A stretch of 64,000 bases of DNA from Epithemia pelagica. Its lineage: Eukaryota > Protista > Bacillariophyta. Position numbers and translations under genes: made by a program. Positions 46,997 to 59,411 of the stretch are shown one piece after another. The stretch is from positions 2,914,001 through 2,978,000 of the forward strand of contig OX337240.1 of assembly GCA_946965045.2 (NCBI GenBank), read 5' to 3'. The notes under the pieces were generated by a model. The model worked only from the letters and a program-made list of their open reading frames with translations. It was not told the DNA's origin and did no database searches. The stretch's first letter is position 1, and every line of letters starts with the position of its first letter.

Positions 46997-47660
46997 GGTG
47001 TTCTTGACGCGGTGCTAGGTTTTGTCGTTGTCTACAGTGTTGCTCTTGGTCGTGGGTGAAGGGATTGTATACCTGGATGGTGTATACAGTTCTTCGACCG
47101 TTTGCCTTTCCTCGCGACAACACTATTCCTTTTAGATGAGACCGTTTTTGCACTTGAGCCAACTTGAGGGGATTCAGAACCCAGACAGCACTGCCGATAG
47201 CCAGAACCGGTGGAATGGATGATGCGTTGGCTGGCAAAACGGGGATATTGTAAATAATCTCCACTCGTCCGTTCTCGTCTCGTACCACTACTTTGGCGTC
47301 GAGAAAACCGGATGCGTCCCGCGACGACTCCTCGTCTCCACTGGTGTTGTCCGGCACGACGGCGGCTGCCACTGCAGTTCGATGCTCCTCGGTTTGTACG
47401 TCCACAATTAACGCGCGACGTCTTGTCTGAAAATCGGATACGATCCGTTCTCGTGATGCTGTCAGCACCGTGTTATCGTGTTCGACCTCCGCCTGATGTT
47501 GTTGTTCCAACTCGGCTCGGTGTTCACGAAAGGTCGCCTCGCGCAACTGCACGTTGTGCTGGTGCCGACGATGCACCTCTGCAAGGCGTTCTTGTTCTTC
47601 AATGGAAAGGGCGGTGAGTTGGTTCAACAACGTAGTCAAACGACTGGGATTCTCCGACAT
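46956..47660 (-). CDS. Extra ORF upstream of gag inside copia-2
   Basis: 234-aa ATG-initiated ORF between the PBS and gag, with a helical N-half and a beta-rich C-half. It overlaps the gag start by 41 nt in a different frame. Confidence 0.6.
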   Translation of the reverse strand: MSENPSRLTTLLNQLTALSIEEQERLAEVHRRHQHNVQLREATFREHRAELEQQHQAEVEHDNTVLTASRERIVSDFQTRRRALIVDVQTEEHRTAVAAAVVPDNTSGDEESSRDASGFLDAKVVVRDENGRVEIIYNIPVLPANASSIPPVLAIGSAVWVLNPLKLAQVQKRSHLKGIVLSRGKANGRRTVYTIQVYNPFTHDQEQHCRQRQNLAPRQEHHEYTPARTTARSS

Positions 47661-47704
47661 GCAGTGTACTTCACCTCAAAATGAGAATCAAGAGGTAGTT
47701 ATTT

Positions 47705-47718
47705 TTCTAAGGAGAATA
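47705..47718 (-). promoter_or_regulatory. Putative self-priming PBS of copia-2
   Basis: TATTCTCCTTAGAA (element strand) directly follows the 5' LTR. It is complementary to 47777-47789 inside that LTR (13/13) and to 24865-24878 in the 3' LTR (14/14). Confidence 0.6.
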
Positions 47719-47931
47719 TGTAGAAACCTGTAACGAACCGTGCTGTAAAGGCAACAATTCCTATAACAAATTACGAATTCTCCTTAGAATGAGCACTGTT
47801 GTTTGTTTCGTTGCTCTTCCGTCCACGTCGTTTCACCTCAATCCATTCGTCATCACTTGCAGATGGATCTTCGCCTTGCTCAGTCGCTGTTTTCGTTTGT
47901 TCTGCGACTCCTCGCGGGACTTCCTTCAACA
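47719..47931 (-). repeat. 5' LTR of copia-2 (213 bp, TG...CA)
   Basis: Matches the split LTR at 24808-25952 with two substitutions. Confidence 0.92.
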
Positions 47932-48913
47932 ATACGGCTTTGTTGTATCGAAGGGTTGTAGCTGACGCCATTTGCTCTTTTTGCAAATGGACTGAAAGAC
48001 AATCGCTCTTTTGACAAACACCATGAGCGTGATGATAGTTTAAAATTACCCAAGATATACACCCAGACCAGGACTGGTTTGCTGATGTTGATGGTACTTT
48101 TATGGCCACATGCGTTCGAGAGAGGGAGAATTTTGAACCAGACGGGAAAGTGGAATCAGAAAGGGAACTGGTTTGATTGTTGCATGTCTTTCTCATCTTA
48201 TTCTGTCTAGTTGACCGTAGTTCATAGTTGCTTTCCTTCTCCATTTTACTTTCGTTCATATTATTTTCATTCTGGATGCGGCAGCGAGCCTCCCAGACCC
48301 TTTGATACGTCGAATAAATCCTATCGTACGTCTCTTCTCCACCTGGTGGAGCAATTTGACGGCGAATTCGAATCAAATCCAATGGTTCCCCTTACCACCT
48401 GTGACCCAGCCTCGGCCAAGCCTGCTGCTGGAATTGTATGCAAAAACAGATATGGTGCTGCTGCTGTGGGAGGATCGTCGGTCGAGGTTATCGTGGTGGG
48501 GGATTGGTTATCATGTGCGCTGCCGGCTTTCTCAGTAGGAAGTCTAGACTAGTAGCTTGTTTGTGCATCGTCGTACTCGTATTGCCATTTCTCTTGGTCT
48601 TGTTGCTCCTCCTTGTCGTTGCTAGTTGTGGTTGTCGTTGCTTGTCAAAGAGGTTGATTGCTGCGTTGGTTGGTCCATGGGTCTGTCGTTCCTCCATCCT
48701 CATCTCTTGTTGTCAGCTTTTGATTGTTGCGTTTGGGTTGCGTTGGCTGTTGTTATCGTTCGGCCGAAACTAGGAGTGGATTGTTGCTTTGGGTGCTGTT
48801 GTCGTTGGTATGCTGCTCGTTTGAATAGCTTGTGTCTGGTTGTCAATTGTTGAGTGTGTTGTTGTTGTTGATGTTGTTTCGTTCGGCCGAAGCGAGGAGC
48901 GGATTGTTGAGTA

Positions 48914-49174
<261 letters not shown>

Positions 49175-49339
49175 CGGTGTCGCCGCTTGTTTCTGATTTG
49201 CCTCGCATGATTGTTGCATTCGTAGTCATTTCGATTCGGTACTCCATCTGGTGTCGTTTCACAAGACAGGGGAAGCAAGGCATCCTCCGGCGTATTGGTG
49301 AGGAGGGATGGTTCTTGTTGCTGTTGTTGGTGAAGGAGA

Positions 49340-50700
49340 GTTACAGGCAATTGCCCCATCTAGCTTGAAGCACCGGTCCATCCGTGGCAGCAGCAGCAGT
49401 CGCCTCCACATGGTTGGACTTCCACAACAGTTTCCGGTTACGTTCCAGACTCAAGAGCCAGGCCAATTCTAGGATGGATCCTGATTCAATATTTTCCCAG
49501 AATCCCTCACACAAAAAGGATACTTCGTCTGCCAAGAGTTGTAGTTACCATTTACCATCGTCTTGCAAATTGTAGACATTGACCCCCACTCCACCATTGG
49601 TGGTATTTGTTGACAGTCTTTTACTATAGGTTTGTGCTGGGGCTGTGGGCGACTCGACCATGCTCTCGCTGTTGTCGGCCATTGGTTCCTTCAAGGGTCC
49701 TGCATGTTTTGATCGCAACCGTTTTGTTGTCGTCGTGGAGTGTGGTGGGGGCATTGACATAGCGCCGTCGTGTCGTTCGTGTACTATGGGATGTCGTGTA
49801 CGTGTACGGGGAGGTGTAGGAAAGGGACGAATAGGATGGAACGGAACTGCTGCTGCTCGATTCATTGGTTGTAGCATTCACAGTCCAACTTTGGTCATCG
49901 TCACACGAGGCAGTCCACAACCCTGCCTTTCTCCGCGACTGTTGGGGAACGCCATTCGTATCATCGTCCTGGTGCTGTGGACCTCCTTTGTTTGGTTTCT
50001 GCTGCTGTAGCTGTTCTTATTGCATTCACAGTCGGTTTGGCGGGGTTCGTGGTGGCGGTTGGTTTGCAATGGCCTCGGCTCCTGGATCGAGAGGAGCTTT
50101 CTTCCTCTTATATGTACCAGAGGAATTCCCTACTCCGTTTTTGCGTTGCCCCACCGACAACACTGTTGATGTTGATACTGATAAGACTCCTGTGGACGAT
50201 TGCGAGGATCCTTGGGACGAGGCAACCGCTGTGGTGGTTGTCTTGTGGCGGGACGGGGGGTGGCAATCGTTGTGGAACCAGTGTGCCTCGCGACGACAGA
50301 CGACCAAAGACGGATTCATCCTCACTGTCATCCATTTTATCAAAGTCCAATTCATCTCGAGCCGTCGGTTTCTGGTCCAAGTCCATTCGTTCCTTGGGAG
50401 GCGCATCAAAATTTGCTTGTTTTCTGGTTTCTTTGAAGAGTGGTTCCAAACGAACAAAGCCATTTCTTGGACGGATTTTGCTTGGCCACTTGTTTCGTCG
50501 TGTCCTTCTCGTGTTGTCGTCTTGGTGAATTGGGGCGGTGCTACTACTCGTCCTCCTCGTTTGGTTCCTTATTCTAGTCTCATCCTCTTCCCTCGATCGT
50601 GTCCGTACCATGTCGAGTTCCCCTTGTTTGGTACTACTACCCCTTTTCCTTGTTTGCTGTTGCGGCGGCCGACGGTTTGTCATCATGGTGAGCACCCGAA
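49340..50700 (-). pseudogene. Possible fragmented low-complexity gene
   Basis: Several hydrophilic, protein-like minus-strand ORFs in changing frames (50108-50695, 50026-50463, 49545-49877); no recognisable domain. Confidence 0.25.
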
Positions 50701-51039
50701 GTGGAGCTTGGAGCTCGGAACGTCATTCAACGTCAAATTACAGGCTTCGACACAGAAGAAACCCTTGTAGTGGTCATAGATCGATGGTTGGGAGTCGTGC
50801 ATTACTATGATGGATACGTCAAGGGTGAGACCTTACTCGCATAGTACGCGGTTGGAGGTGCACCTCCAAATCATACCATAACTCAACATTAAAGTACTCA
50901 TTGTATATATATTTAACCGTTTCATCAACCGCTATATCGGATCAATTGTACTTTTTACTTTATTGTCACCTGGTCATTGTAGAATTTCCCACCCCAGACC
51001 CCAAGCCTTACGGCCCACAGACGAACAGAATGTCCTCCA

Positions 51040-51670
51040 CGCGTTTATTTCTCGTGAGCGCATTCGGACGAGTCGGACCATGACAACACGCAACACGGCA
51101 ATGTGAACAAGAGCACGACAATCTCGGGCCTTGTCCTTTTTTGGATACGACAGACGAATGACGAATGGATGAAGTGAATAGGACACGGGCCTGCCTGCCT
51201 ACCTCCTCTTGACGGAAGAGGGCGGCGTTGTCAAATCCGTTGTGTGATGGAATTTAGCAGAATCAAACATGCCGTGGCGAAACGGGACGCTTTCTCGCCA
51301 TTGTTCGCTTGATTCTGCTAAATTCAATGGTGAACATGTTGACTGCTGCTGGCTGCTGCTGCTGTTGTTGTGTGTCATACAAGTTTTTGTAATGGGAGGA
51401 GACGATGAAAAGATCCATGTTGTCCACAAAAGATTGGGACAAGACGGCAAGAACCAGAGAGAGCACAACAACAATCTCGGGCCTTGTCCTCTTTTTGAAT
51501 AAAAAGACAGACGAATGGATGGAATGAACAGGACACGGGACTGTCTCCAGGAGGGCGTTGTCAATTCCGTTGTGTGATTGAATTTAGCAGCACCAAACAT
51601 GCCATGGCGAAAAGGGACGCTTTCTCGCCATTGCTCGTTTGGTTCTGCTAAATTCATATGTTGACATGCT
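51040..51670. repeat. Two diverged copies of the repeat also found at 20140-20410
   Basis: The minus-strand peptide NLAE(P/S)(N/S)EQWRESVPFRHGMF occurs twice, and the nucleotides match ~20290-20400. Confidence 0.7.
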
Positions 51671-53842
51671 GGTTGCTGCTGCTGCTGTTGTGTGTCATTC
51701 AAATTTTCGTAATGGGAGGAGACGACGGCAGATCCATGCCGTCCAAAGAATATCTTATGGACGATCTTGAATAGTCGATTCTCGACCGGTCGAGATGGAT
51801 GTGTTGTTGTGCGGTGGTTGCGGTTCACAATCGTTGCAGTGTGGCAATGGGTGTGGATCGTGTGGTGGCGCAATCCCACCGGGAGGCGCGGGGGCGAACC
51901 GTCGGTGGAGCTTACCAAACGAAACCACACTCTCGTCCCTTGTGTGGTGCCAACCAGAAGGAACGTTCCTCGAGCATTGAGTGTGCCACAGTGCGGTCTT
52001 TTTGGTCACCGCATCGTTGTTGCTGTGGTGGGAGGCCCCAACGAAGAAGACCTCCGTCTCTTGGTCGTTCCAGGAGGAGGTCTCGGTGCACACTCCGAGA
52101 TCCGCAGAGGTAGGTGGCAAGAACTATCGCACACAAGACTGTTACGACGTTGATTCGGTCGTGGGTTTTGGATCCTTGTGTGGCATGGAAGAGGAGACTG
52201 CTGCCTCGACAGTCATTTCCTCCTTGTCCCCGTTCACTCCGATTTGATGCTTTCCCTACGACAAACTCATTCTTTCATGATTGCTTTGGGATCCTGTCTG
52301 GTTGTGGCATGAGGAAAACGCAATCCAACCGTGCAAGTCTTGAATACACATTACAACCGCATTCTGTGGAATCTCCCACCATTTGGAGGAGGGACCCGAT
52401 ATTGCTCCTGTAGAGTGTCTCTGACAAATCAAGTTACCAACTACGCTCTGAGAACCAAGAATCGAACCGATTGTATCACTCGATGGAAGGATCGTCGGAT
52501 AGCCGCGATGATGTCATGGTACCTAAGGCAAGGACGAAACTTGAAATGCGCAGGAAGTTGCATGAATGTCCTACAGTAGTGAACCTTTAGAACTACGTCA
52601 TGACCGATATTCGGAGGGGGGAGCCCCAGTTTGTTCCACATCACACATCTCGATCCAGAAACATCCCGAATGACTTGTGTGCGCCTCGCTTGAACGGTGA
52701 CGTTCGTATGCATCCAGCAGCTTGGCAACCGTTGTCGGTGAGCAAACGTGTTGATCGTTCCTCCATGTTTGTGGCATGGACCTGGCTACCCCACAATTTC
52801 ATGGGAAGAAGTATGGTTGCTCATTATTTCACGGTTGCTTGTTGCGCGCAATCCCCAGTTCCTCCTCCATAACGACCACCACACACATGTTGGTCTATTA
52901 TTTATTGCTTGTTGAGGTCCAGTCATCGTCGTTGTCGTCGTCACTTGTTGCAGTTCTCCACGTTGTCATAGTCTCTGCGCTCCTCATCGTGTCCTCGTTC
53001 GTCATGTAGTCTATGTGCGATCCAGTTCCACACGTACATGGCACAGACGGCCTGATCAAAGGCTTCCCCATATCCCCCCCAAAAAAAGTCTGGGGACGAG
53101 TCTTGAATGCCCGTGATTCATATTAGAGAGTTCTGTGCACGTGAGAATGACACCCGCCACAGAAGATCCTATTCTCGAACTCGTCTCGTAGTTGCAAAGA
53201 TGCTGAACCCAAGAAGAGTGAGCTCAATACGAGCACTTCCGTATCAACGCGCGGCCTGCGCGCAAAGCCTTACTTATGGAATTTTAGACTTAGCGAAAAA
53301 AAACTGGGTGCCACCTTCACGAGGCTATAACTCGATCAATTTTCAATGAAAGTGTTATATTCCTTGTGATTTAAACTCTCTATACTATTCTTTTTCTAAA
53401 TCACAAAGAAAATAACACTTGCCATGTGAATTTGACTGTGCTACAGCCGTTCAAAGATTCAGGGTCTTGAAAATGTGAGGATGAGCCCACCCGGCGCGAG
53501 GCTAAAACTGCCACTTTCACTTAATGAATGCTGGCGCGTTTCATCTGCGCAAGCCAAGCACATGGCACGTGGAGGTGAGCAAAATTGATACACGAGTGCT
53601 CGTATTGTCTTCTCACGCTCCAACGACTCTGCATCAGGGACACCCGTGATTTTGGTTCCCACTTGAGAATTTTACCTATTCCGGCAACTGGGTAGCTAGG
53701 GATGATCGCTGTTTTAGCTAGCTAGCTTTATTTTCTGTACTCTTAGTATAGTAATCTACAGACACGTGCTCAAAACAAAAAATTATGTTAACTATTTCTT
53801 TTTTATGTCGCAACTGAGTCGTGGATTGGGATAATCGCTAAA

Positions 53843-54012
53843 TGTTTCGAGTTTGTGTCATGTCTGGTTTCGGGTTGGTCCCGTATTCAACGGCTGGTTT
53901 CGACTTTGTTTCGGTTTGTTTCGGTTTGTTTCGGTTTGTTTCGGTTTGTTTCGGTTTGTTTCGACTTTGTTTCGACTTTGTTTCGACTTTGTTTCGACTT
54001 TGTTCCGAAGAA

Positions 54013-54044
<32 letters not shown>

Positions 54045-54048
54045 TCTA
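53843..54048. repeat. (TTTCGGTTTG)n/(TTTCGACTTTG)n array followed by (AGAC)n
   Basis: Read directly; ends ...GACAGACTCTA. Confidence 0.85.
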
Positions 54049-54321
54049 ATGTGTGAAGTCAACCGCCCGCAACACTTGCCACGAGTCATTGTAAGTATTC
54101 TTCTATCCGCTATGTACTGGTCAGAAGATTTTGTGGATCTATTGTACGTCTATCCTACGTAGCCCAGTACCAGAAGCCTGGTCATTTCTGGTTAATTTGG
54201 TCATTTCTGGTCAATTTTAGACGAGGCATGGCGTGCGCGGGCACGGACACTCAGGCATAAAAGTGACTGTCGCACGACACCGTGAGCCGATCAGACCATC
54301 TCACCGAGCCCCACCCCATAA

Positions 54322-55111
54322 GGGCCTGTGTCCAGGGAATGTGTTTTTGAGTTCTGAAATCGAGTTTCGTGTTTCGAGGTTGAGCTAATAGGTTATGGTC
54401 CCCTTGAAAACTCGAAAACACAACCTCGAATCCCCCAAATCTTGGCAATCCCCCAACGACCTTGCCAAGATTCTGAAATCGAGTTTCGAGTTTCGAGGTT
54501 TGCAAAGAGCCCCACGCGCTCCTACAAAACCCACCTTTCAGCCGCCGGGCTCTCTGTCTCTCATTTCGCTCTCTCCGACAACAACAACGAGGCAATCTCT
54601 CTTGTCCATCATAGACAATAGTACAATAGTAGCACAATGATTGATGTGATATAAGTAGGAGCTTCTCTAGAAAATAAGCAAGTATTATTAACCTGTCGCT
54701 GCCATGGAAGTAATGGTCACAACCACTGTCAATGGTCAAAGGCAAATAGTTCTCATCTCTCCATAGATGACATGGTTACGGAACAAAGCCCGCATCCTGC
54801 TCCATGGACGGGCTCTACAAATATTCTACCTTCTCCCGTTATGCAATGTGATATTAGGAATTAGGAGTACTCAAGCGACATTTGTTTGTCGTCATTGTCA
54901 ATTGCCGTTGTGCTCGTTCATGCGCCGGTAGGGGGGAAGCATGGGAGTGCACGAGTATTGAAAAATAAAACTCGAAACTCGAAACTCGAAAATACAGTTT
55001 TTACCTGGACACGTACATCCAGATTGTTGTTTCAAGGTAGGGACAGAGCCCCACCTCAAAACTCGAAACTCGATTTCAGACCTCGAAAACACATTCCCTG
55101 GACACAGGGCC
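54322..55111. mobile_element. 790-bp PIF/Harbinger (Tourist-like) MITE
   Basis: TSD TAA at 54319-54321 and 55112-55114; ~58-bp TIR GG(G/C)CCTGTGTCCAGGGAATGTGTTTT...; internal TTTCGAG repeats. Confidence 0.85.
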
Positions 55112-55876
55112 TAAACAAGAACCCAAAATGCTATCTCTCGATTCTCAATTGTCTCATTTTTCCCGAAGAATTAAGAAAGCAAACCCTGGGGATGGATCCA
55201 ATACATGCAACAGTCAAACAAAGCTGTCAACACTACTTTATAAGGTAGAAAATGAGGACATCCTGTTACAAAGGATCCTGCATCCTGCATGGAAAAGCGA
55301 AAACTCTTGACCATCTATTCTACTTGGGATTGTAGCCTCTCGGCTTGGCTACCTACAAAAGATGGGCTAAGGTAGATCGTCACAGTTCATGCAATAAAAT
55401 ATGGATCCATCCATGTCCACAACAAGCTGGAATGTGTGAATTGGAAACTGGTAGCTTTTCCCTTTCCACTTTCCAATCAATAGATGTAGCTAATGTTACT
55501 CGTCGTCTCTAGCTAGGAGTACCTAGCTAGTTTATCCCTTACCTAGCTAGATGAGCCTATCTAGCATAGGTAGCGATCCTGAGTCCCGTATCGTAGTACG
55601 GGAGTATACATACTTGTACTCGTAGGGGTCACTCCTACCAAACAGCATGTTAGAAAGAAACCCACAAGAAGGCTGCGTCAGGTAGCTAGGATTCGTTCAC
55701 TTCATGGTTGATGGTTGATGGTTGATCGTTGATGGTTGATATGCCAAGATTTTTTGTCAGGGAGCATCCAAAATTTGAATCGTGGCAGCATGCCAACTGT
55801 CATTTCTTACGAGAGGACGCATGATGCATGGCTGGTGTGAAGGGTGGAAAAATAATTTATTAGAGTTAAGGTTTAG

Positions 55877-56050
55877 CCTGTCTGTCTGTCCGGCTTGGTT
55901 TCGAGTTTGTTTCGGGTTTCGGGTTTGTTTCGGGTTTGTTTCGGGTTTATTTCGGGTTTGTTTCGGGTTTGTTTCGGGTTTGTTTCGACCTGTTTCGGTT
56001 TGTTTCGACTATGTTTCGGGTTCGTGTCGTGGTTTCGACTTGGTTTCGAG
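55877..56050. repeat. (GTCT)n followed by a (TTTCGGGTTTG)n array
   Basis: Read directly; related to the 53843-54048 array. Confidence 0.85.
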
Positions 56051-56257
56051 CCAGCAGGTCACGGCTTATTTCAGCGAAACCCTATATTAACGGTCATGAT
56101 AAATAGTGGTCATGATTCAAGATCAAAGTTCTTAAATACAGGAAATCAACGGAAATCGGATTCTTAAGTACAATTTTTATTGTATTGTAGGGAGTCGCTG
56201 AAATCACACTGTACTGAATAGGAAGACTACTATGAAAGCGGAAAAGTCCATTCTGCT

Positions 56258-56819
56258 CAGGGTGTGGAAGTCAATGCACAGGACCTGCCAACTTAACTTT
56301 ACCCCTTAAAGTCAAGTCACAAAAGTTGACTGACTTAACTTCATCCACCAAAGTCACGGCCAACCATCAGGCAACTTGACTTTATACATAAAGTCATCCA
56401 ACCAGACCTCATGACTTGACTTCTAGAGTTAAAGTCAGAGACTCAAATACACTAACTTGACTTTAAGTATATTTGACTCGACTTAAAGTCAATGACTTCA
56501 TGACTTAAAGTCAACTTCACCCCATACTACGCACAGAAACATTGGTATTTGTTACTGCGGACACGGTGATATACGAGAGAAGTTGTGAAGTCACTGTCAT
56601 ATAGAAGTTGACTTGACTTGGGACATAAAGTCACTAGCAGTAATATGGTTGACTTGACTTTAAGGTTAAAGTCAATTAGCTGTGGATCAATGAATTGACT
56701 TTATCGCTAAAGTCAACTACCTGTGGATGAATGACTTGACTTTAAGTGATAAAGTCAACGTAAAGTTAGGGTTAAAGTCATAAAGTCAGACATGTCTAAA
56801 GTTTAACTTCCACACCCTG
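56258..56819. mobile_element. 562-bp hAT-type MITE
   Basis: 14-bp TIR CAGGGTGTGGAAGT; 8-bp TSD ATTCTGCT/ATTCCGCT (one mismatch); interior filled with AAAGTCA/TGACTT motifs. Confidence 0.85.
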
Positions 56820-57219
56820 ATTCCGCTACCAAAGTAGCGGGTGTCCCAGGGTCATCCTAAAACTTCCGATTGTGGGAATCAAATCGGATGCTCGCCTCGC
56901 GTCGAGGAGGCGGAGCAGTCGCACCTCTGTTGTCGGTCGCGGAGTCTGGCCAGCATCGGCCACGTCACTCCACCCAGTACAGACACCTCACCATGAGGGG
57001 TGTCTCATGGTCCATGAGACACCCCTCCTTCGGCCCTTGGCGATTGCTTTCAGTCAGATTTACCTAAGTGAATCTCATTCAAGATGATTCTTTGGAATCG
57101 AAAGAATAGACGCCAGTCGCCAGTCCTGAATCCTGAATCCTGAATAATGAGATAGATGATATGGGAGATATGAGATGCATCCATGCATCCTGAATCCTGA
57201 TTCCTGATACACTGCTTAT

Positions 57220-58124
57220 TAGAGCTGTAGCTTTTTTCTGCTGGAGAACTCAAGCGCTTGAGCGCTTGAGCTAGGACCAAATTCAAGCGCTCAAGCGCTC
57301 AAGCGGCAGCGAACAGGGCTAACACGGGAAACTATGGCAATAGACTCATCGTAGCATCTCTAGTGAAATGGTAACTTGTCATACTACATGATAGGTGATG
57401 GAAAATCTATTTCGAAGTTACTCTTAAAAAATACTTTTCATTCCGTTGTCTTTGTGCGATCTCGTGGTGTAGCTTCTTCTTGCAAGAATAATGCCTTCTG
57501 ATTGCGTGAGCTTAGTTCGTTGCTGGGCACAGACGAAGAGCTCGTAGTGGGAAGTTGTGGAGAGATTCTTGTCTAATGATGAGTCGTTCCTCTTTTCAAT
57601 TGTTAGAGTCTAGCTAGCGGAGGTTGTGTAGTAGGCTTGTCAGAGACTTCGTCCATTTTTTCTCACTCCAACATGGTACAAATGCCAATGAACATTTTTC
57701 CTGTCCAAGAATGGGACGCAAACTCCATCAGCAGCATCTTGAGATATCTTTGTAACACATATTTCCTTGCCTTTGTGGATGACAATAGTAGGAGGCCTTA
57801 CGTATTCTTTTTCCATGGATGACAATTTATTCTTCTCACTATCATCATTGTCATCTGTTGGGCCCTCTTCAGCCATTTGCTCATAATTTTCATCATCTGG
57901 ATGGTATGATGACTCATTGTGATCATCACTGGATGTCTCAGGCATTGTAGAAAGGCTGTTAGGGGCAGACGAATGATGGTTTGCTGCGTTTTGGCACTTT
58001 CCTCTAGTCTAGGTGCTTGAGCGCTTGAGCTCTCAAGCAACACCCTTTCTGTGCTGGAGCTCCTCAAGCGCTTGAGAAGTCAAGCGCTTGAGCGCTTGAG
58101 CGCTTGACGCTTGACCCAGCTCTA
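57220..58124. mobile_element. 905-bp non-autonomous hAT-type element
   Basis: TIR TAGAGCTG; perfect 8-bp TSD CTGCTTAT; subterminal TCAAGCGCTTGAGCGC repeats at both ends. Confidence 0.85.
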
Positions 58125-58481
58125 CTGCTTATACTACGCTTGTGGACGTGGATAGTGGATAGAGCCAGCCCTTTCCAATTTCGCAGGTCGTAGACAGAAA
58201 CAGAACAGGAAACCTCCGTGAAAGAAGTCCATTGGACGTTATTGTTCCCAAACTGACCAGTGACGGAGAATGACACAGAACCATAACATGTCCGGGACGA
58301 GAATCCACTTGCGAATTGGCCGGGCGTAGGCCGACTTCCAAAACTGGATTCTGGTTGAGTGTAGTGTAAAGTGTATAGTGAATCTATGGCTCCTTTAAAC
58401 GGAGCGAGGATTCATTCATATTATTATTTCATATCTAGGAGTATCTATGATCTATATCTATCTACTCTAGTATCTAGTATG

Positions 58482-58791
58482 TAGAGGTTGTTACCGCGCC
58501 GCGGTGCTGGGGATCCGCGTTGCTGCGAATTCGCGGTGCTGATCCTTGCCATCGCAACGAAAGAGACTGGCGGGTCCGATCCGCGCTACTCGCATCTACG
58601 CACAGTAATGGCGGGGTGGACCGATTCGGTGCTTTCGTTAGGTCTGGCCGTCCGTACGTCAAATTTGTGCAGAATACATAAAATCCTATAGTATTGCGAA
58701 ACTGCGAAACACGCTGGTATTTGGACCCGCAAAGGCTGAGATTCGCGCAAGCCCTACCCGCATCGATTTGAGCTCGCGGTAACAACCTCAA
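58482..58791. mobile_element. 310-bp hAT-type MITE
   Basis: TIR T(A/T)GAGGTTGTTACCGCG; 8-bp TSD CTAGTATG/TTAGTATG (one mismatch). Confidence 0.8.
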
Positions 58792-59411
58792 TTAGTATGA
58801 GTAGTTCGAATACTAGTACGAGTACAAGCTTGTAATAATAATATGATCCGATTATTCTTAGCTTCTAGTTGTACGAGTAACGAGTAATGGAAAAATCTAG
58901 CATAGAGTTACGAGTAACGAGCACTCTACAAACGACACTGGAAACTGGAAATTGGAAATTGGAGCATGCCTGCCACGGACGGATATATACTCGTATTATA
59001 CATCTGGGTCATCGGAAATAATCAGTATAGAGCAAAGAGTAGAGTGAGACGGACAAGAGAAGCCCGGCCTTTGTAGCACCAACCAGAAATCCCCGAAACC
59101 TGCCATTGTAGCGGACTGTGTGCCCGTACTATATGCGTTATGCGCCGCGCCAATAGAACCAAACCTCGGGCAGCAGACCATAGTCAACAACAAACAAGGA
59201 AACAACTCCAGTGCTTCCTTTTCGTTTACCAGAGCCCTTTCGTTCCTTGGATCGCTCGAGTTGCGCTCCCTATTCGTGGTTTTTCGGAGTGGTGTCGGCA
59301 GTGGGTGTGGCAAAGGTGGCCTTTTAGTTTCCAAAAATTCCATTTCTTATCAAACCAACCGACAATTTCGAAAAGGAGTTGTAGTATCTTCTCCCACGTA
59401 AACCAGCCATC

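Larger units (their letters stand above)
24808..47931 (-). mobile_element. Ty1/copia LTR retrotransposon (decayed) with two nested DNA transposons
   Basis: 213-bp TG...CA LTRs at 47719-47931 and at 24808-25952 (split by a MULE), with two mismatches. 5-bp TSD ATACG at 24803-24807 and 47932-47936. Gag-PR-INT-RT-RH on the minus strand. Confidence 0.93.

Noticed and set aside
47771-48382. 203-aa minus-strand ORF as a gene
   Set aside because: It is a chimera of flanking DNA and the coding-derived LTR; its tail is simply the pol C-terminal peptide.
52250-53000. Possible gene remnant
   Set aside because: Only short, stop-interrupted ORFs with no recognisable motif.
57640-57945. hAT transposase ORF inside the 905-bp element
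   Set aside because: It is a short acidic ORF with no clear BED finger or DDE motif; at most a remnant.
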